Below are positions 7,575 to 16,176 of a DNA stretch of 30,000 nucleotides, piece by piece. How positions within the stretch are numbered: the stretch's first letter is position 1; each line of letters begins with the position of its first letter. The DNA lies in the NCBI GenBank assembly GCA_900299555.1, contig OODV01000016.1, forward strand, positions 21,065 through 51,064. Direction: 5' to 3'. A program made the position numbers and the translations under genes. The notes beneath the pieces are model-generated. The model saw only the letters and a list, made by a program, of their open reading frames with translations, was not told where the DNA came from and did not search any database. Source of the stretch: an uncultured Endozoicomonas sp. Lineage in GTDB: Bacteria > Pseudomonadota > Gammaproteobacteria > Pseudomonadales > Endozoicomonadaceae.

Positions 7575-8426
7575 TTATTTCCACTCAGCGAGGGCGTAAT
7601 TCAGATATGCGATTTCTGGATCGTTGGCATCAATCACACGGAAGTGGATGGAGTTGTCATCCCACTTCCACATCTGGGTTTTGATGGTGCAGCCTGGGTA
7701 CAGAGACTTGGTAATCCGGGTCTTGAAGCGGGTCAGACGCTCAGGCTCACCAGGCAGCAGCGTGTTGATGATGTGACGGCAGGCAAAACCGGCAGTACTT
7801 ACGGCGTGCAGGTTTGGCTTGGGATGGTCAAACTTCTGGGCATATTCCCAGTCGATATGTTGAGGGTGGTAATCACCATTGAGACGATAGATGATTGCCT
7901 GGTTCAGAGGCACCTGTTCCACAACTTCAAAGTCAGGCTCTCTCTCTGGAATCTCAACGATATCCGCTGGTGCTTTTGGACCACCGAAGCCACCGTCGTA
8001 CAGACAGCAATCCCAGCTTTCATTGGTAAACAGCAGGGTGCCATCTTCATCAAAGGTCTCGCCAATATGCTGAGCCAGACAGCCACGACCTGGACCACGG
8101 TCATAAAGACCTTTCAGTAATACTTTGGTGCTGAGTTTGCCAGACAGCTTGGTCAGAGGCTGATGGAACTGAAGATCAAAGCCCCAGTGGAGGGAACCAC
8201 CCCACTCAAAACCAAAGTCGATGGTTTTGGTGACTTCGCTGTCCACAATCGGCATGGCAGCAAACATCGGCAGAATTTTCTGATCCTTTTCGTAAACGTA
8301 CTCAAGATCCGTCTTGCCATCGGCACCGGCACCACAGCCCAGGCCAAAGATAATCAGTTCACGGAAGTCATATTCCCGTTCAAAAGGGCCGTATGTCTTG
8401 CCCTGCATATCCAGTTTTAAAGCCAT
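7575..8426 (-). CDS. Hydratase-2-type (MFE-2-like, MaoC/double hot-dog) enoyl-CoA hydratase homologue occupying the caiD position
   Basis: The 283-aa product aligns by eye with the hydratase-2 domain of peroxisomal MFE-2 as recalled. Matches are GGFGGPKAP to GGFGGKRTS, LNQAIIYRLNGDYHPQHID to LNQAALYRLSGDWNPLHID, and RFKTRITKSLYPGCTIKTQMWK to [25 protein letters not shown]. It shows no crotonase-fold features. A GGAG ribosome-binding site lies upstream of the ATG. Confidence 0.8.
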   Translation of the reverse strand: MALKLDMQGKTYGPFEREYDFRELIIFGLGCGAGADGKTDLEYVYEKDQKILPMFAAMPIVDSEVTKTIDFGFEWGGSLHWGFDLQFHQPLTKLSGKLSTKVLLKGLYDRGPGRGCLAQHIGETFDEDGTLLFTNESWDCCLYDGGFGGPKAPADIVEIPEREPDFEVVEQVPLNQAIIYRLNGDYHPQHIDWEYAQKFDHPKPNLHAVSTAGFACRHIINTLLPGEPERLTRFKTRITKSLYPGCTIKTQMWKWDDNSIHFRVIDANDPEIAYLNYALAEWK

Positions 8427-8510
8427 GTCGATTCTCCACTATTTATTCAGAGGATGTTTCTATCGCTGTTTTTTCAACAATTACTTTTTGAATCTATTTT
8501 CCAACATTCA

Positions 8511-10106
8511 TCAAGCGGGTAACTCTTCCGGGTCTGTCCATACACAGACCCGCTCATTCTTCAGAACATTTTTCTTTACTTTGCCGGTACTGGTTCTTGG
8601 TAAACTTTTTCTAAACTCAACCGATGCCGGCACTTTGAATTTGGCTAATCGTTCTGAGCAATACCCTTGAATATCCGCTTCAGTCAGAAATGAATTCTCT
8701 TCCTGAACAACGACTGCTTTAACGATCTCGTCATACATTTCATCAGGGATGCCAATAACGGCTGCATCAAGAATATTCGGATGACTGATGAGAACATTTT
8801 CAATTTCTGTACTGGAGATATTTTCACCGGATCGCTTAATCAAATTGACATTGCGATCCATAAAGAAGAAGTAACCATCTTCATCCATGTGTGCAAAATC
8901 ACCCGTATGTAACCATCCATCACTATCATAGGTTTTGGCAGTTGCTTCCGGATTGTTGTAATACTCCCTGAACAGTGTTTTCCCGGGTATGCCTTTAATG
9001 ACAATCTCACCCAGTTCACCGGGTTCAACTTCTTTATTATTAGAATCGACAATTCGAATGTCATAACAGAACCCGGGCCTGCCAATAGCAGGCCACCGCC
9101 TTTCAAAACCTGGTGTATCAACGATATTACCAACGATGGTTTCTGTCATTCCGTAGGATGTTAATAACCTGACATTAAACCGATGAGTAAAATCTTCTTT
9201 CTCTTTCTCGGATAGATTTAAATAAAAGAGAACGTCTCGAAGCTGGTGTTCTTTTTCCCAGGGTGCTTCGGGCTGCAACATCAGAGTGCGAATCATTAAA
9301 GGAATACACTCTGTAACGGTTGCCCGATGGTGACAAATCTGACCCCAGAATTTTTTTGCGCTGTATTTTTCTACCAGGATTAATGCAGCACCGGAATGAA
9401 ATGCCGGCATTGCTGTAGTGCACTGAAAATCAATATGGCAGGCCGGCATGATGGTCAAATAACGGTCATCTTCTCTCAGTGAGCACATCCATGAACTGTA
9501 ATGCCCAGCAAAAAGTAGGTTGTAATGGGTTATTACCACTCCCTTTGGACAGGATGTAGTTCCGGACGTGAAAATGATCTCGGCAATATCATCACTGCTT
9601 ACCGGTACATTCCGGAGTAACTCGGTTGGCTGCTGTTTCAGCGCCCTTGAAAAGTTAAGGGCATCCGGAATATTTATATGGTCAGCAATACGGGCAACAA
9701 GAATTTGTTGTTGACTATCACCTGTGTGTTCAGCCTGATAGTTAGCAACAAACTGAGGCTCTACAATAACAGTTTTAATTTCACAGTGTTCAATAATGTA
9801 CCCACATTCATTCCGAAGACTATGAGCATTAATAGGTACAGTGATCGCGCCAATTTTGGCCAGACCAAACCAGCTGATCAGAAATTCGGGACAATTATTC
9901 AGTTGGGTAGCAACCCGATCACCTTTCTCAATACCAAGACTGAGAAACAGATTTGCGGCTCGGTTTATTTCGCCATTAAATTCTGCATAGGAATATTCAC
10001 TGATATTGCCCTCTGCATCTTCAAATACGACAGCCGTCCTTGAGCCATGCAAGTTTGCCAGCTGATCCCAGGCTTGCCGAATGTTTTTGTTACCCACTAA
10101 ATCCAC
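8511..10106 (-). CDS. caiC: Crotonobetaine/carnitine-CoA ligase CaiC (adenylate-forming enzyme)
   Basis: The 531-aa product has the AMP-binding motifs IIFTSGTTSCPKGVVITH, TSYGMTET and WLHTGD. It is colinear with E. coli CaiC as recalled (CPEFLISWFGLAKIGAI, YLNLSEKEKEDF). It starts at GTG. Confidence 0.9.
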   Translation of the reverse strand: MDLVGNKNIRQAWDQLANLHGSRTAVVFEDAEGNISEYSYAEFNGEINRAANLFLSLGIEKGDRVATQLNNCPEFLISWFGLAKIGAITVPINAHSLRNECGYIIEHCEIKTVIVEPQFVANYQAEHTGDSQQQILVARIADHINIPDALNFSRALKQQPTELLRNVPVSSDDIAEIIFTSGTTSCPKGVVITHYNLLFAGHYSSWMCSLREDDRYLTIMPACHIDFQCTTAMPAFHSGAALILVEKYSAKKFWGQICHHRATVTECIPLMIRTLMLQPEAPWEKEHQLRDVLFYLNLSEKEKEDFTHRFNVRLLTSYGMTETIVGNIVDTPGFERRWPAIGRPGFCYDIRIVDSNNKEVEPGELGEIVIKGIPGKTLFREYYNNPEATAKTYDSDGWLHTGDFAHMDEDGYFFFMDRNVNLIKRSGENISSTEIENVLISHPNILDAAVIGIPDEMYDEIVKAVVVQEENSFLTEADIQGYCSERLAKFKVPASVEFRKSLPRTSTGKVKKNVLKNERVCVWTDPEELPA

Positions 10107-10179
10107 TGAATCACCCCGTAACCGAGCAACAGGACAAAACCTTGTTGCTCAACTTTTTTTCAGCTTTCTTTCTCAAGAA

Positions 10180-10198
10180 GGTGGGCTGAAAGCCCACC
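10180..10198. repeat. Intercistronic hairpin between caiB and caiC
   Basis: ggtgggct-gaa-agcccacc forms a perfect 8-bp stem. A plus-strand T7 run lies about 20 nt upstream at 10154-10160. The CTGAAAG core and the GGTGG/CCACC ends are shared with the hairpin at 11518-11546. Confidence 0.5.
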
Positions 10199-10227
10199 TG
10201 AAGCTTCATTCTATTTATCAAAAAGCA

Positions 10228-11460
10228 TCACTCTCCGGCAGGAGCAATCCCCAGCTTGACGACACCTTTATCTGCCATCGCTTGAATGGCCTCATCGCTA
10301 TAACCGATATCATTCAGAATACTGGCGGTATCCATGCCATGTGTTGGCATACCACGCCAGACCTTGCAGGGGTTATTCTTGAACCGCGGCATGATATTTG
10401 GGCCCTTGTACACCTTGCCGGACGGAGTCTCCCACTCAATGAAGGAGTTACGGGCTACGTACTGGGGATGGGATTCCAGTTCCGGGATGTCCAGTACCTT
10501 GGAGAAGGCAATGCCGTACTCACCGTAAATGGCCTGGGCTTCCGCAATTGTCTTGCCAGCCAGGAATTCATCCAGATGATCTTCAACCAGCTGTGCAGAA
10601 GGCGATTTACGACTGATAAGCTGAATGCCTTCAGGAAACTCTTCCGTTCCCAACAGGTGCCCAATACCAATGGCAGGGAACATTTTCTCAATGGGTTTGG
10701 CACCCACCAGCTCCATAACCACATAACCATCGCGACACTTATAAACACCGCAGCCAACGTACAGAGGATCTTTACCACGGGTCATACGTGGGCACATTTC
10801 ACCACCGTTGAGGTAGTCCATCATGTAGTACTGCCCAACGTGGAGCATCACTTCATACATTGCCACATCAATGCTTTCGCCAACACCGGTTTTGTGAACG
10901 TTGTGAAGCGCGGCCAGGACAGAGCTGGTTACCGCAAAGCCGGAGATATAGTCAGCGGTGTATGGGAAAGCAGGCATTGGCTGGTCCACGTCACCGTTCT
11001 GAATCAGATAGCCACTGAAGGCCTGAGCGATGGTGTTATAAGCGGCACTATTCGTGTATTCATCCACACCAAATTGACCAAAGCCGGACAGGTGGGCAAT
11101 AACCAGTTTCCTGTTGTGCTCCCAAAGCAATTCATCGGTAATACCACGACGGGCAAAAGCAGGCCCCTTGCTGGCTTCGATAAAGATGTCTGCCGTTTCA
11201 ATCAATTTCAGAAAGGCTTCTTTGCCTTCATCTGAAAAAATATTGATAGCCATGGCATGAAGGTTTCTGCGGGACATTTCTGGATAGTTAGGCTGAACCC
11301 GGATCGTATCACCATAGGCAGAATGCTCAATCCAGATAACCTCAGCGCCCCACTCGGCCAACATTTGTGCTGAATATGGTCCAGCCACTTCGATGGCTGA
11401 AAAAACAACCCTTAATCCCTTTAAGGGACCAAACCCCGGTGTAAACAGTTTCTTGGACAT
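10228..11460 (-). CDS. caiB: L-carnitine CoA-transferase CaiB (class III CoA transferase)
   Basis: The 410-aa product contains [19 protein letters not shown]...WGAEVIWIE...[17 protein letters not shown]...FPYTADY...[12 protein letters not shown]...GMPTHGMDT, very close to E. coli CaiB as recalled. Confidence 0.93.
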   Translation of the reverse strand: MSKKLFTPGFGPLKGLRVVFSAIEVAGPYSAQMLAEWGAEVIWIEHSAYGDTIRVQPNYPEMSRRNLHAMAINIFSDEGKEAFLKLIETADIFIEASKGPAFARRGITDELLWEHNRKLVIAHLSGFGQFGVDEYTNSAAYNTIAQAFSGYLIQNGDVDQPMPAFPYTADYISGFAVTSSVLAALHNVHKTGVGESIDVAMYEVMLHVGQYYMMDYLNGGEMCPRMTRGKDPLYVGCGVYKCRDGYVVMELVGAKPIEKMFPAIGIGHLLGTEEFPEGIQLISRKSPSAQLVEDHLDEFLAGKTIAEAQAIYGEYGIAFSKVLDIPELESHPQYVARNSFIEWETPSGKVYKGPNIMPRFKNNPCKVWRGMPTHGMDTASILNDIGYSDEAIQAMADKGVVKLGIAPAGE

Positions 11461-11517
11461 GGTGTTTTCTCAAGGGGATAGCTGTCTATCCACTCTTAAA
11501 TTCTATTTTTTTCTGAC

Positions 11518-11546
11518 CCACCTCCGCTGAAAGTCAGCGAAGGTGG
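11518..11546. repeat. Intercistronic hairpin between caiA and caiB
   Basis: ccacctccgctga-aag-tcagcgaaggtgg forms a 13-bp stem with 1 mismatch. A plus-strand T7 run (11506-11512) lies immediately upstream. Confidence 0.5.
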
Positions 11547-11567
11547 AAAGACAACGATCGTTTTTTA

Positions 11568-12704
11568 TTAACGGTACTTCTTCAGTACCTGACGACCCAG
11601 TGTCAGGATCTGCATTTCGTCAGATCCACCGGAAACACGGTCAACCCGCAGGTCACGCCAGAAACGTCCAACGCGATGTCCAGTGATACCGATACCGCCC
11701 AGTACCTGCATGGCAGAGTCCACTACTTCGAAGGCAGCATTGGCACAGAAGTATTTACACATGGCAGCGTCACCGGAGTTCACAGTGCCGTTGTCGCACT
11801 TCCATGCAGTTTCATAAACCATGTTCTTCATGGCGTTCAGTTTGATCGCCATGTGAGCAAATTTTTCCTGGATCAGCTGAGTACGACCGATGGCTTCACC
11901 AAACTGGATACGCTGGTTGGCGTACTTGGCAGCGTCTTCAAAGGCACACAGGGCAATACCGTAGTTGGTGCAGGCAACCAGGAAGCGCTCTGCATCGAAC
12001 TCTTCCTTGACACGGTTAAAACCATTGCCTTCAGAGCCAAACATGTCCTTCTCTTCCAGCTCAACGTTGTCGAAGATCACTTCGCAGCAGCTATCCATGC
12101 GCAGACCGATCTCGTCCAGTGGGTTCAGCTTGATGCCTGGCTTGCTCATATCCACAAACCACTCAGAGAATACTGGTGAGTCTGGAGAAGCAGAGTCGCG
12201 GGCCATCACCACCAGGTAAGGACAGTGGGAGCTACTGGTGATAAAGCACTTGTGACCGTTCAGGTAAACTTTGCCATCCTTGCGGGTATAAGTGGTTTTC
12301 AGACTACCTACGTCAGAACCGGCACTTGGCTCAGTAATGGCGGAGTTCCACATTTGTTCGCCAGTGCCGCGCAGAGCAAAAATCTTGTCGATCTGTTCCT
12401 GGGTGCCATGACGCAGCACGGTGTTGAAACCAGGCAGCTGATACAGAACATAGGTAGGCGCACCGTGACGTCCAAGCTCTTCCCAGATAGCGGTCAGAGT
12501 AACCAGGCCAGCATCCATACCGTCGTGTTCTTCTGGCAGCAGCATGGTGTCGATGCCCAGTTCAGCCAGAGCCTTCACCCAGCGCAGTAGGTATTCGTGC
12601 TTTTCGTCACATTCAACGAAGTAGGCTTCCCAGTTCTCTCTTTCCATCAGTTCGCGGACACCCGCAACAAACAGTTCCTGCTCGTCAGATAAATTAAAAT
12701 CCAT
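11568..12704 (-). CDS. caiA: Crotonobetainyl-CoA reductase CaiA (acyl-CoA dehydrogenase family)
   Basis: The 378-aa product contains [20 protein letters not shown]...[24 protein letters not shown]...[11 protein letters not shown]...[24 protein letters not shown], near-colinear with E. coli CaiA as recalled. Confidence 0.93.
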   Translation of the reverse strand: MDFNLSDEQELFVAGVRELMERENWEAYFVECDEKHEYLLRWVKALAELGIDTMLLPEEHDGMDAGLVTLTAIWEELGRHGAPTYVLYQLPGFNTVLRHGTQEQIDKIFALRGTGEQMWNSAITEPSAGSDVGSLKTTYTRKDGKVYLNGHKCFITSSSHCPYLVVMARDSASPDSPVFSEWFVDMSKPGIKLNPLDEIGLRMDSCCEVIFDNVELEEKDMFGSEGNGFNRVKEEFDAERFLVACTNYGIALCAFEDAAKYANQRIQFGEAIGRTQLIQEKFAHMAIKLNAMKNMVYETAWKCDNGTVNSGDAAMCKYFCANAAFEVVDSAMQVLGGIGITGHRVGRFWRDLRVDRVSGGSDEMQILTLGRQVLKKYR

Positions 12705-12768
12705 GTCTAATACTCTTCTTTCTTAAGTGGTTCTTGTTTCAAAAAAGCTGCTTCACTGAAAAACAGAT

Positions 12769-14283
12769 TTACCAGCGATTCTTTTTGGCATCTTTCAGGA
12801 ATGCCCAGATAACCAGAATATTCACGATAGCCAGTGGCGCGCCCCCTGCGATGATGGCTGTCTGCAGAGGCTTCAGGCCGCCCAGGGCAAGCAGGGTAAT
12901 ACCCAGAATCCCCACCAGCAGAGACCAGCCAAGTCGAATCCACAGTGGTGGTTCGTCGTAACCCGTCGCTTCCTTACAGGTAGACATGGCCAGGGTGTAA
13001 GAACAGGCGTTTACCAGGGTGATCGTGGCCAGGAAACAGAGCACCAGGAAGACACCGATGGTGAAGGTGCTGAGTGGTAGTGTTGCCCAGATTTCGATAA
13101 TGGCCCGTGGTACATCGTTCTCACTGATGATGGTGCTGATATCCAGCAGTCCCTTGTGCATAACCTCAACGGTATAGCTGCCGAGGATGCCCCAGAGTGT
13201 CCATGTGGTCAGAGTCAGACCGCCCACCATGCCCAGACAGAGTTCACGTACTGTTCTGCCCTTGGAGATACGGGCAAGGAAGATGCACATCTGGATGCCG
13301 TAAATCATCCACCAGGCCCAGTAGAAGACAGTCCAGTTCTGAGGAAAACCACTCTCACCGATGGCATCGGTATAGAACAGCATCCTGCCGGCATTCATCA
13401 GGAGAACACCAAAGGAGTCGGTGAAGTAATTCAGAATAAAGGTGGTACCACCAACGATCAGAACCCAGGCAAGAACAAAGATACTCAGGTAGCTTCTCAG
13501 GTCACTGGCGATACGGATGCCTTTCTGAAGACCGAAGGCCACACAAATCGCGTTGAAAACAATGAGGAAAGAGATAATGGTCGCATCAACTTCCAGACTA
13601 CGCTCAATACCAAAAAGATACTCGATACACTCGGTAACCAGTGGTGTCGCCAGACCAAGACTGGTACCCATCGCCAGAATCAGCGCAACGATGTAAAGGT
13701 TATCTACGAAGGTTCCAAACAGGCCATTACTGTGCTTTTCACCCACCAGTGGTTCAATAGTCTTACTGGGGCGAATAACATTGACCTTTTTCACATACAG
13801 GAAGTAGCCAAAAGCAACACTTAACAGACTGTAGGTTGCCCAGGGTAAAGGTCCCCAGTGGAAGAGAGAGTAGGCAACACCGTATTCTTTTGCCTGTTGA
13901 GAGAAAGGTTCGATACCGAATGGAGGCGTGAGGATATAGTAATAAACTTCAATCGTACCCCAGAAAAGGACGGCTGCCGACGTACACGAAGCAAACATCA
14001 TGAAGATCCAGCTGGCAGTACTGAATTCAGGTTCCTCATCACCCAGCTTTTTATTGGCATAAGGGCCGAAGAGTAACCAGAAATAACCGCCCAGCATGAT
14101 GACCATGTACCACTCAAATGCCCAGGCCCATTTGTAGGTCACATATTGAAAGACCTGGTTAATCACCTGATTAGCGGCATCCAGGTCCCGAACCGTGAAA
14201 TAAATCAATATGGCAACAATAGCTAACGAAGGTATTGCTATCTTCGTATCTATTTTTATTGCCTTTTTTGATTCAGCATCCAT
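12769..14283 (-). CDS. caiT: L-carnitine/gamma-butyrobetaine antiporter CaiT (BCCT family)
   Basis: The product is 504 aa, the same length as E. coli CaiT. It contains [48 protein letters not shown] and [20 protein letters not shown] ribosome-binding site lies 7 nt upstream of the ATG. Confidence 0.93.
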   Translation of the reverse strand: MDAESKKAIKIDTKIAIPSLAIVAILIYFTVRDLDAANQVINQVFQYVTYKWAWAFEWYMVIMLGGYFWLLFGPYANKKLGDEEPEFSTASWIFMMFASCTSAAVLFWGTIEVYYYILTPPFGIEPFSQQAKEYGVAYSLFHWGPLPWATYSLLSVAFGYFLYVKKVNVIRPSKTIEPLVGEKHSNGLFGTFVDNLYIVALILAMGTSLGLATPLVTECIEYLFGIERSLEVDATIISFLIVFNAICVAFGLQKGIRIASDLRSYLSIFVLAWVLIVGGTTFILNYFTDSFGVLLMNAGRMLFYTDAIGESGFPQNWTVFYWAWWMIYGIQMCIFLARISKGRTVRELCLGMVGGLTLTTWTLWGILGSYTVEVMHKGLLDISTIISENDVPRAIIEIWATLPLSTFTIGVFLVLCFLATITLVNACSYTLAMSTCKEATGYDEPPLWIRLGWSLLVGILGITLLALGGLKPLQTAIIAGGAPLAIVNILVIWAFLKDAKKNRW

Positions 14284-15158
14284 TCAAACTTCCCCCTATT
14301 AAAAGCCTTGAATAACATACTAAAAAGCTAATCTGATTTTTGGGTGTTCAATCTTTTTTCTATAAATAAGTGTTTTCAACGATGGATCAATTGAATACTC
14401 AAAAACAGACTCTGAAACAGAAAATGAATAATCTGGAATAAAATTAATTCAGAAATTTACGAATAACTCATCATGAAGAAGACCAGATTTTAAGATAGCC
14501 ATAGCAGGACAGCTGGTCTTTAAATGATCAACAACACATCATAGTAATAAATGTAAATTCTCCCACTCATCTTAACCAGGAGATAAAAAATAAGCGCCTC
14601 TTTGAAGGCAGGCAGAATATAATATACTCACTATTTCCATAATTTGATTTGAAGCAATTATTGGATGAATAGTTTTTCCCTTTATCTTTCATTTACTATT
14701 CATAAACTTAAATAGTTTTGAGTATTTTTTAGACAACATAAAGCGTACGTCACTATTTATTAAAAAAACAGATTAAATATTATTCAGGATAAATATTGAC
14801 CTATTGCTCACTGATTGAGCAGTGGTTAAAAAAACACTAATAAAACAGTCAAGATTATTAACCTGAATCAATTTCTCAACCATCCATACAAAAATACATT
14901 TCAATAATTTGACGAGAATCATTTATTAATCATCAAAACATATCCGAATTGAAGAGCATTACTATCCAAGAAATAAAATAATCATCTTGAGAAAAAACAT
15001 TACCGGCGAAATCCTATATCTTTTTAACAATCCAACTCTGACCTCTGAAATGTAATTTTTAGGGAAGCCTTTATAAAAATGACTCATTTTGATAAAGGCT
15101 ATTTATGACAGGATTCTCACATTGAATTTCTGTATCCAGAAAGATACATAACCCAACA
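14284..15158. promoter_or_regulatory. 875-bp strongly AT-rich non-coding spacer; must contain the cai operon promoter and operators and the 3' end of the RpiR-regulator transcript
   Basis: No ORF of 60 aa or more lies on either strand. Only 5-10 codon ORFs without ribosome-binding sites were found by eye. Several inverted repeats are present: TTCAA-N11-TTGAA at 14375-14395, aagaccag/ctggtctt at 14479-14520, and tgctca-ctgat-tgagca at 14805-14821. Confidence 0.6.
15066..15100. terminator. 35-bp near-perfect AT-rich palindrome 59 bp downstream of the regulator stop; possible terminator or protein-binding site
   Basis: The sequence is agcctttat-a-aaaatga-c-tcatttt-g-ataaaggct. It has a single mismatch across 35 bp and is centred on TGACTCA. 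Confidence 0.4.
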
Positions 15159-16013
15159 TTAACTGGATACCTGATCCTCCTGACGGCAAAGTAACCCCAT
15201 CACCAGACATTGAGCCAGGTGCATAGAGGTACTCAATGAACGCATCCCCATCATTTCCGCTTCTTTAACCTGAAGCCCGTGGGTAATCACTTCTTTGCAG
15301 GGATGAATGCTGTGATCAGTCAATACCAGGGATGGGCAACGACGTTCATTGGCAATCTGAATGCACTCATTGGTCTCATCGGCATGCGGGTGGTAGCTGA
15401 CCGCCAGCAACAGGTCATTCTCAGTCAGCCGCTTTAGCTGGTTTTTATGCATGGCACCCACACCATCGAGCAAGATAACATCGACATCTGCACGCATCAG
15501 GGCATAGCAAAGGTAATAAGCCACCGGAAATGCACGACGAGCGCCAGTTACATAAATGATGCGTGCATTGCTCATCAAATCGAGCGCTTTGTCAAAATCG
15601 GCTGGAGAGATATCTACAGAAAGGTTTTCAATCGCCAGACTCTGCGGCCCAGAAAAAGCATCCAGCAAATGATGACCTTCTTTAATGGCGCCAGCCATTT
15701 CCGAAGCGTGTCGAACCCTCTCACGGTAACCACTGACTTGTCCCTTCAGCTGGCTGCGATACAACTGTTGTAGTTCAGAGAAACCGGCAAAGCCAAAAAA
15801 GTTGGCAAAACGCACCAGGGTTGAAGGCGACACATCAATCTCACGGGCAATAACCACCAGGTTTTCCAGTGCAACCGTATTGGGATTCTGAACAAAAAAA
15901 TCCGCAACCAAACGCAGGCGCTTACTCATTGAGTCGTAGCGATTGATGATATCACTTTTCAGTTCTTCAAGTGTCTGAGGTGTTGCTGGCTTCAGCTTGG
16001 TATTCATATTCAA
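15159..16013 (-). CDS. iolR: RpiR/MurR-family transcriptional regulator (N-terminal HTH, C-terminal SIS domain), probable inositol repressor
   Basis: The 284-aa product has an HTH_6-like N-terminus (RLRLVADFFVQNPNTVALENLVVIAREIDVSPSTLVRFANFFGFAGFSELQ) and a SIS-like C-terminal half (IIYVTGARRAFPVAYYL). It is adjacent to the iol operon, and GGAA-N6-TTCC palindromes sit in the iol promoters. Confidence 0.75.
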   Translation of the reverse strand: MNMNTKLKPATPQTLEELKSDIINRYDSMSKRLRLVADFFVQNPNTVALENLVVIAREIDVSPSTLVRFANFFGFAGFSELQQLYRSQLKGQVSGYRERVRHASEMAGAIKEGHHLLDAFSGPQSLAIENLSVDISPADFDKALDLMSNARIIYVTGARRAFPVAYYLCYALMRADVDVILLDGVGAMHKNQLKRLTENDLLLAVSYHPHADETNECIQIANERRCPSLVLTDHSIHPCKEVITHGLQVKEAEMMGMRSLSTSMHLAQCLVMGLLCRQEDQVSS

Positions 16014-16155
16014 TGACTTGTACTTGGTAATGGATCAAATGTGGATTCAGCCCTGCATATGCCTGGTAAAGAGCAGCAAAAACAATCACTGACTCAATCC
16101 ATCACCTATTTATACTCTCTTCTTTATTTAGACGGTCGCCACGGCAACCGTATTA

Positions 16156-16173
16156 TATACACACTTGTGTATA
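16156..16173. promoter_or_regulatory. Perfect 18-bp palindrome TATACACA-CT-TGTGTATA between the iolJ stop and the regulator gene
   Basis: Read directly from the sequence. It starts 3 bp beyond the iolJ stop codon (16177-16179) and lies 143 bp upstream of the regulator start. Confidence 0.4.
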
Positions 16174-16176
16174 AAA

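Noticed and set aside
10081-11235. 384-aa plus-strand ORF
   Set aside because: It lies entirely antisense to caiB, whose product is an unmistakable CoA-transferase orthologue. Its translation is low-complexity in character (rich in H, N, T, F, G, V runs) and has no recognisable motifs. This is a typical shadow ORF.
14375-14395. Possible FNR box near the caiT start
   Set aside because: The inverted repeat is TTCAA-N11-TTGAA, not TTGAT-N4-ATCAA. No alignment of the region gives both FNR half-sites. It is kept only as an unassigned inverted repeat within the spacer finding.
15106-15121. CRP-like site TGACA-GGATTC-TCACA
   Set aside because: The left half-site has two mismatches to TGTGA. The site lies about 820 bp from the caiT start and only about 40 bp from the 3' end of the regulator gene. 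This is not enough support to call a CRP site.
14284-15158. Hidden small gene (for example caiF) or mobile-element remnant in the AT-rich spacer
   Set aside because: Only 5-10 codon ORFs without ribosome-binding sites were found by eye on either strand. There are no terminal inverted repeats with target duplications, and nothing resembles a transposase or the 131-aa CaiF.
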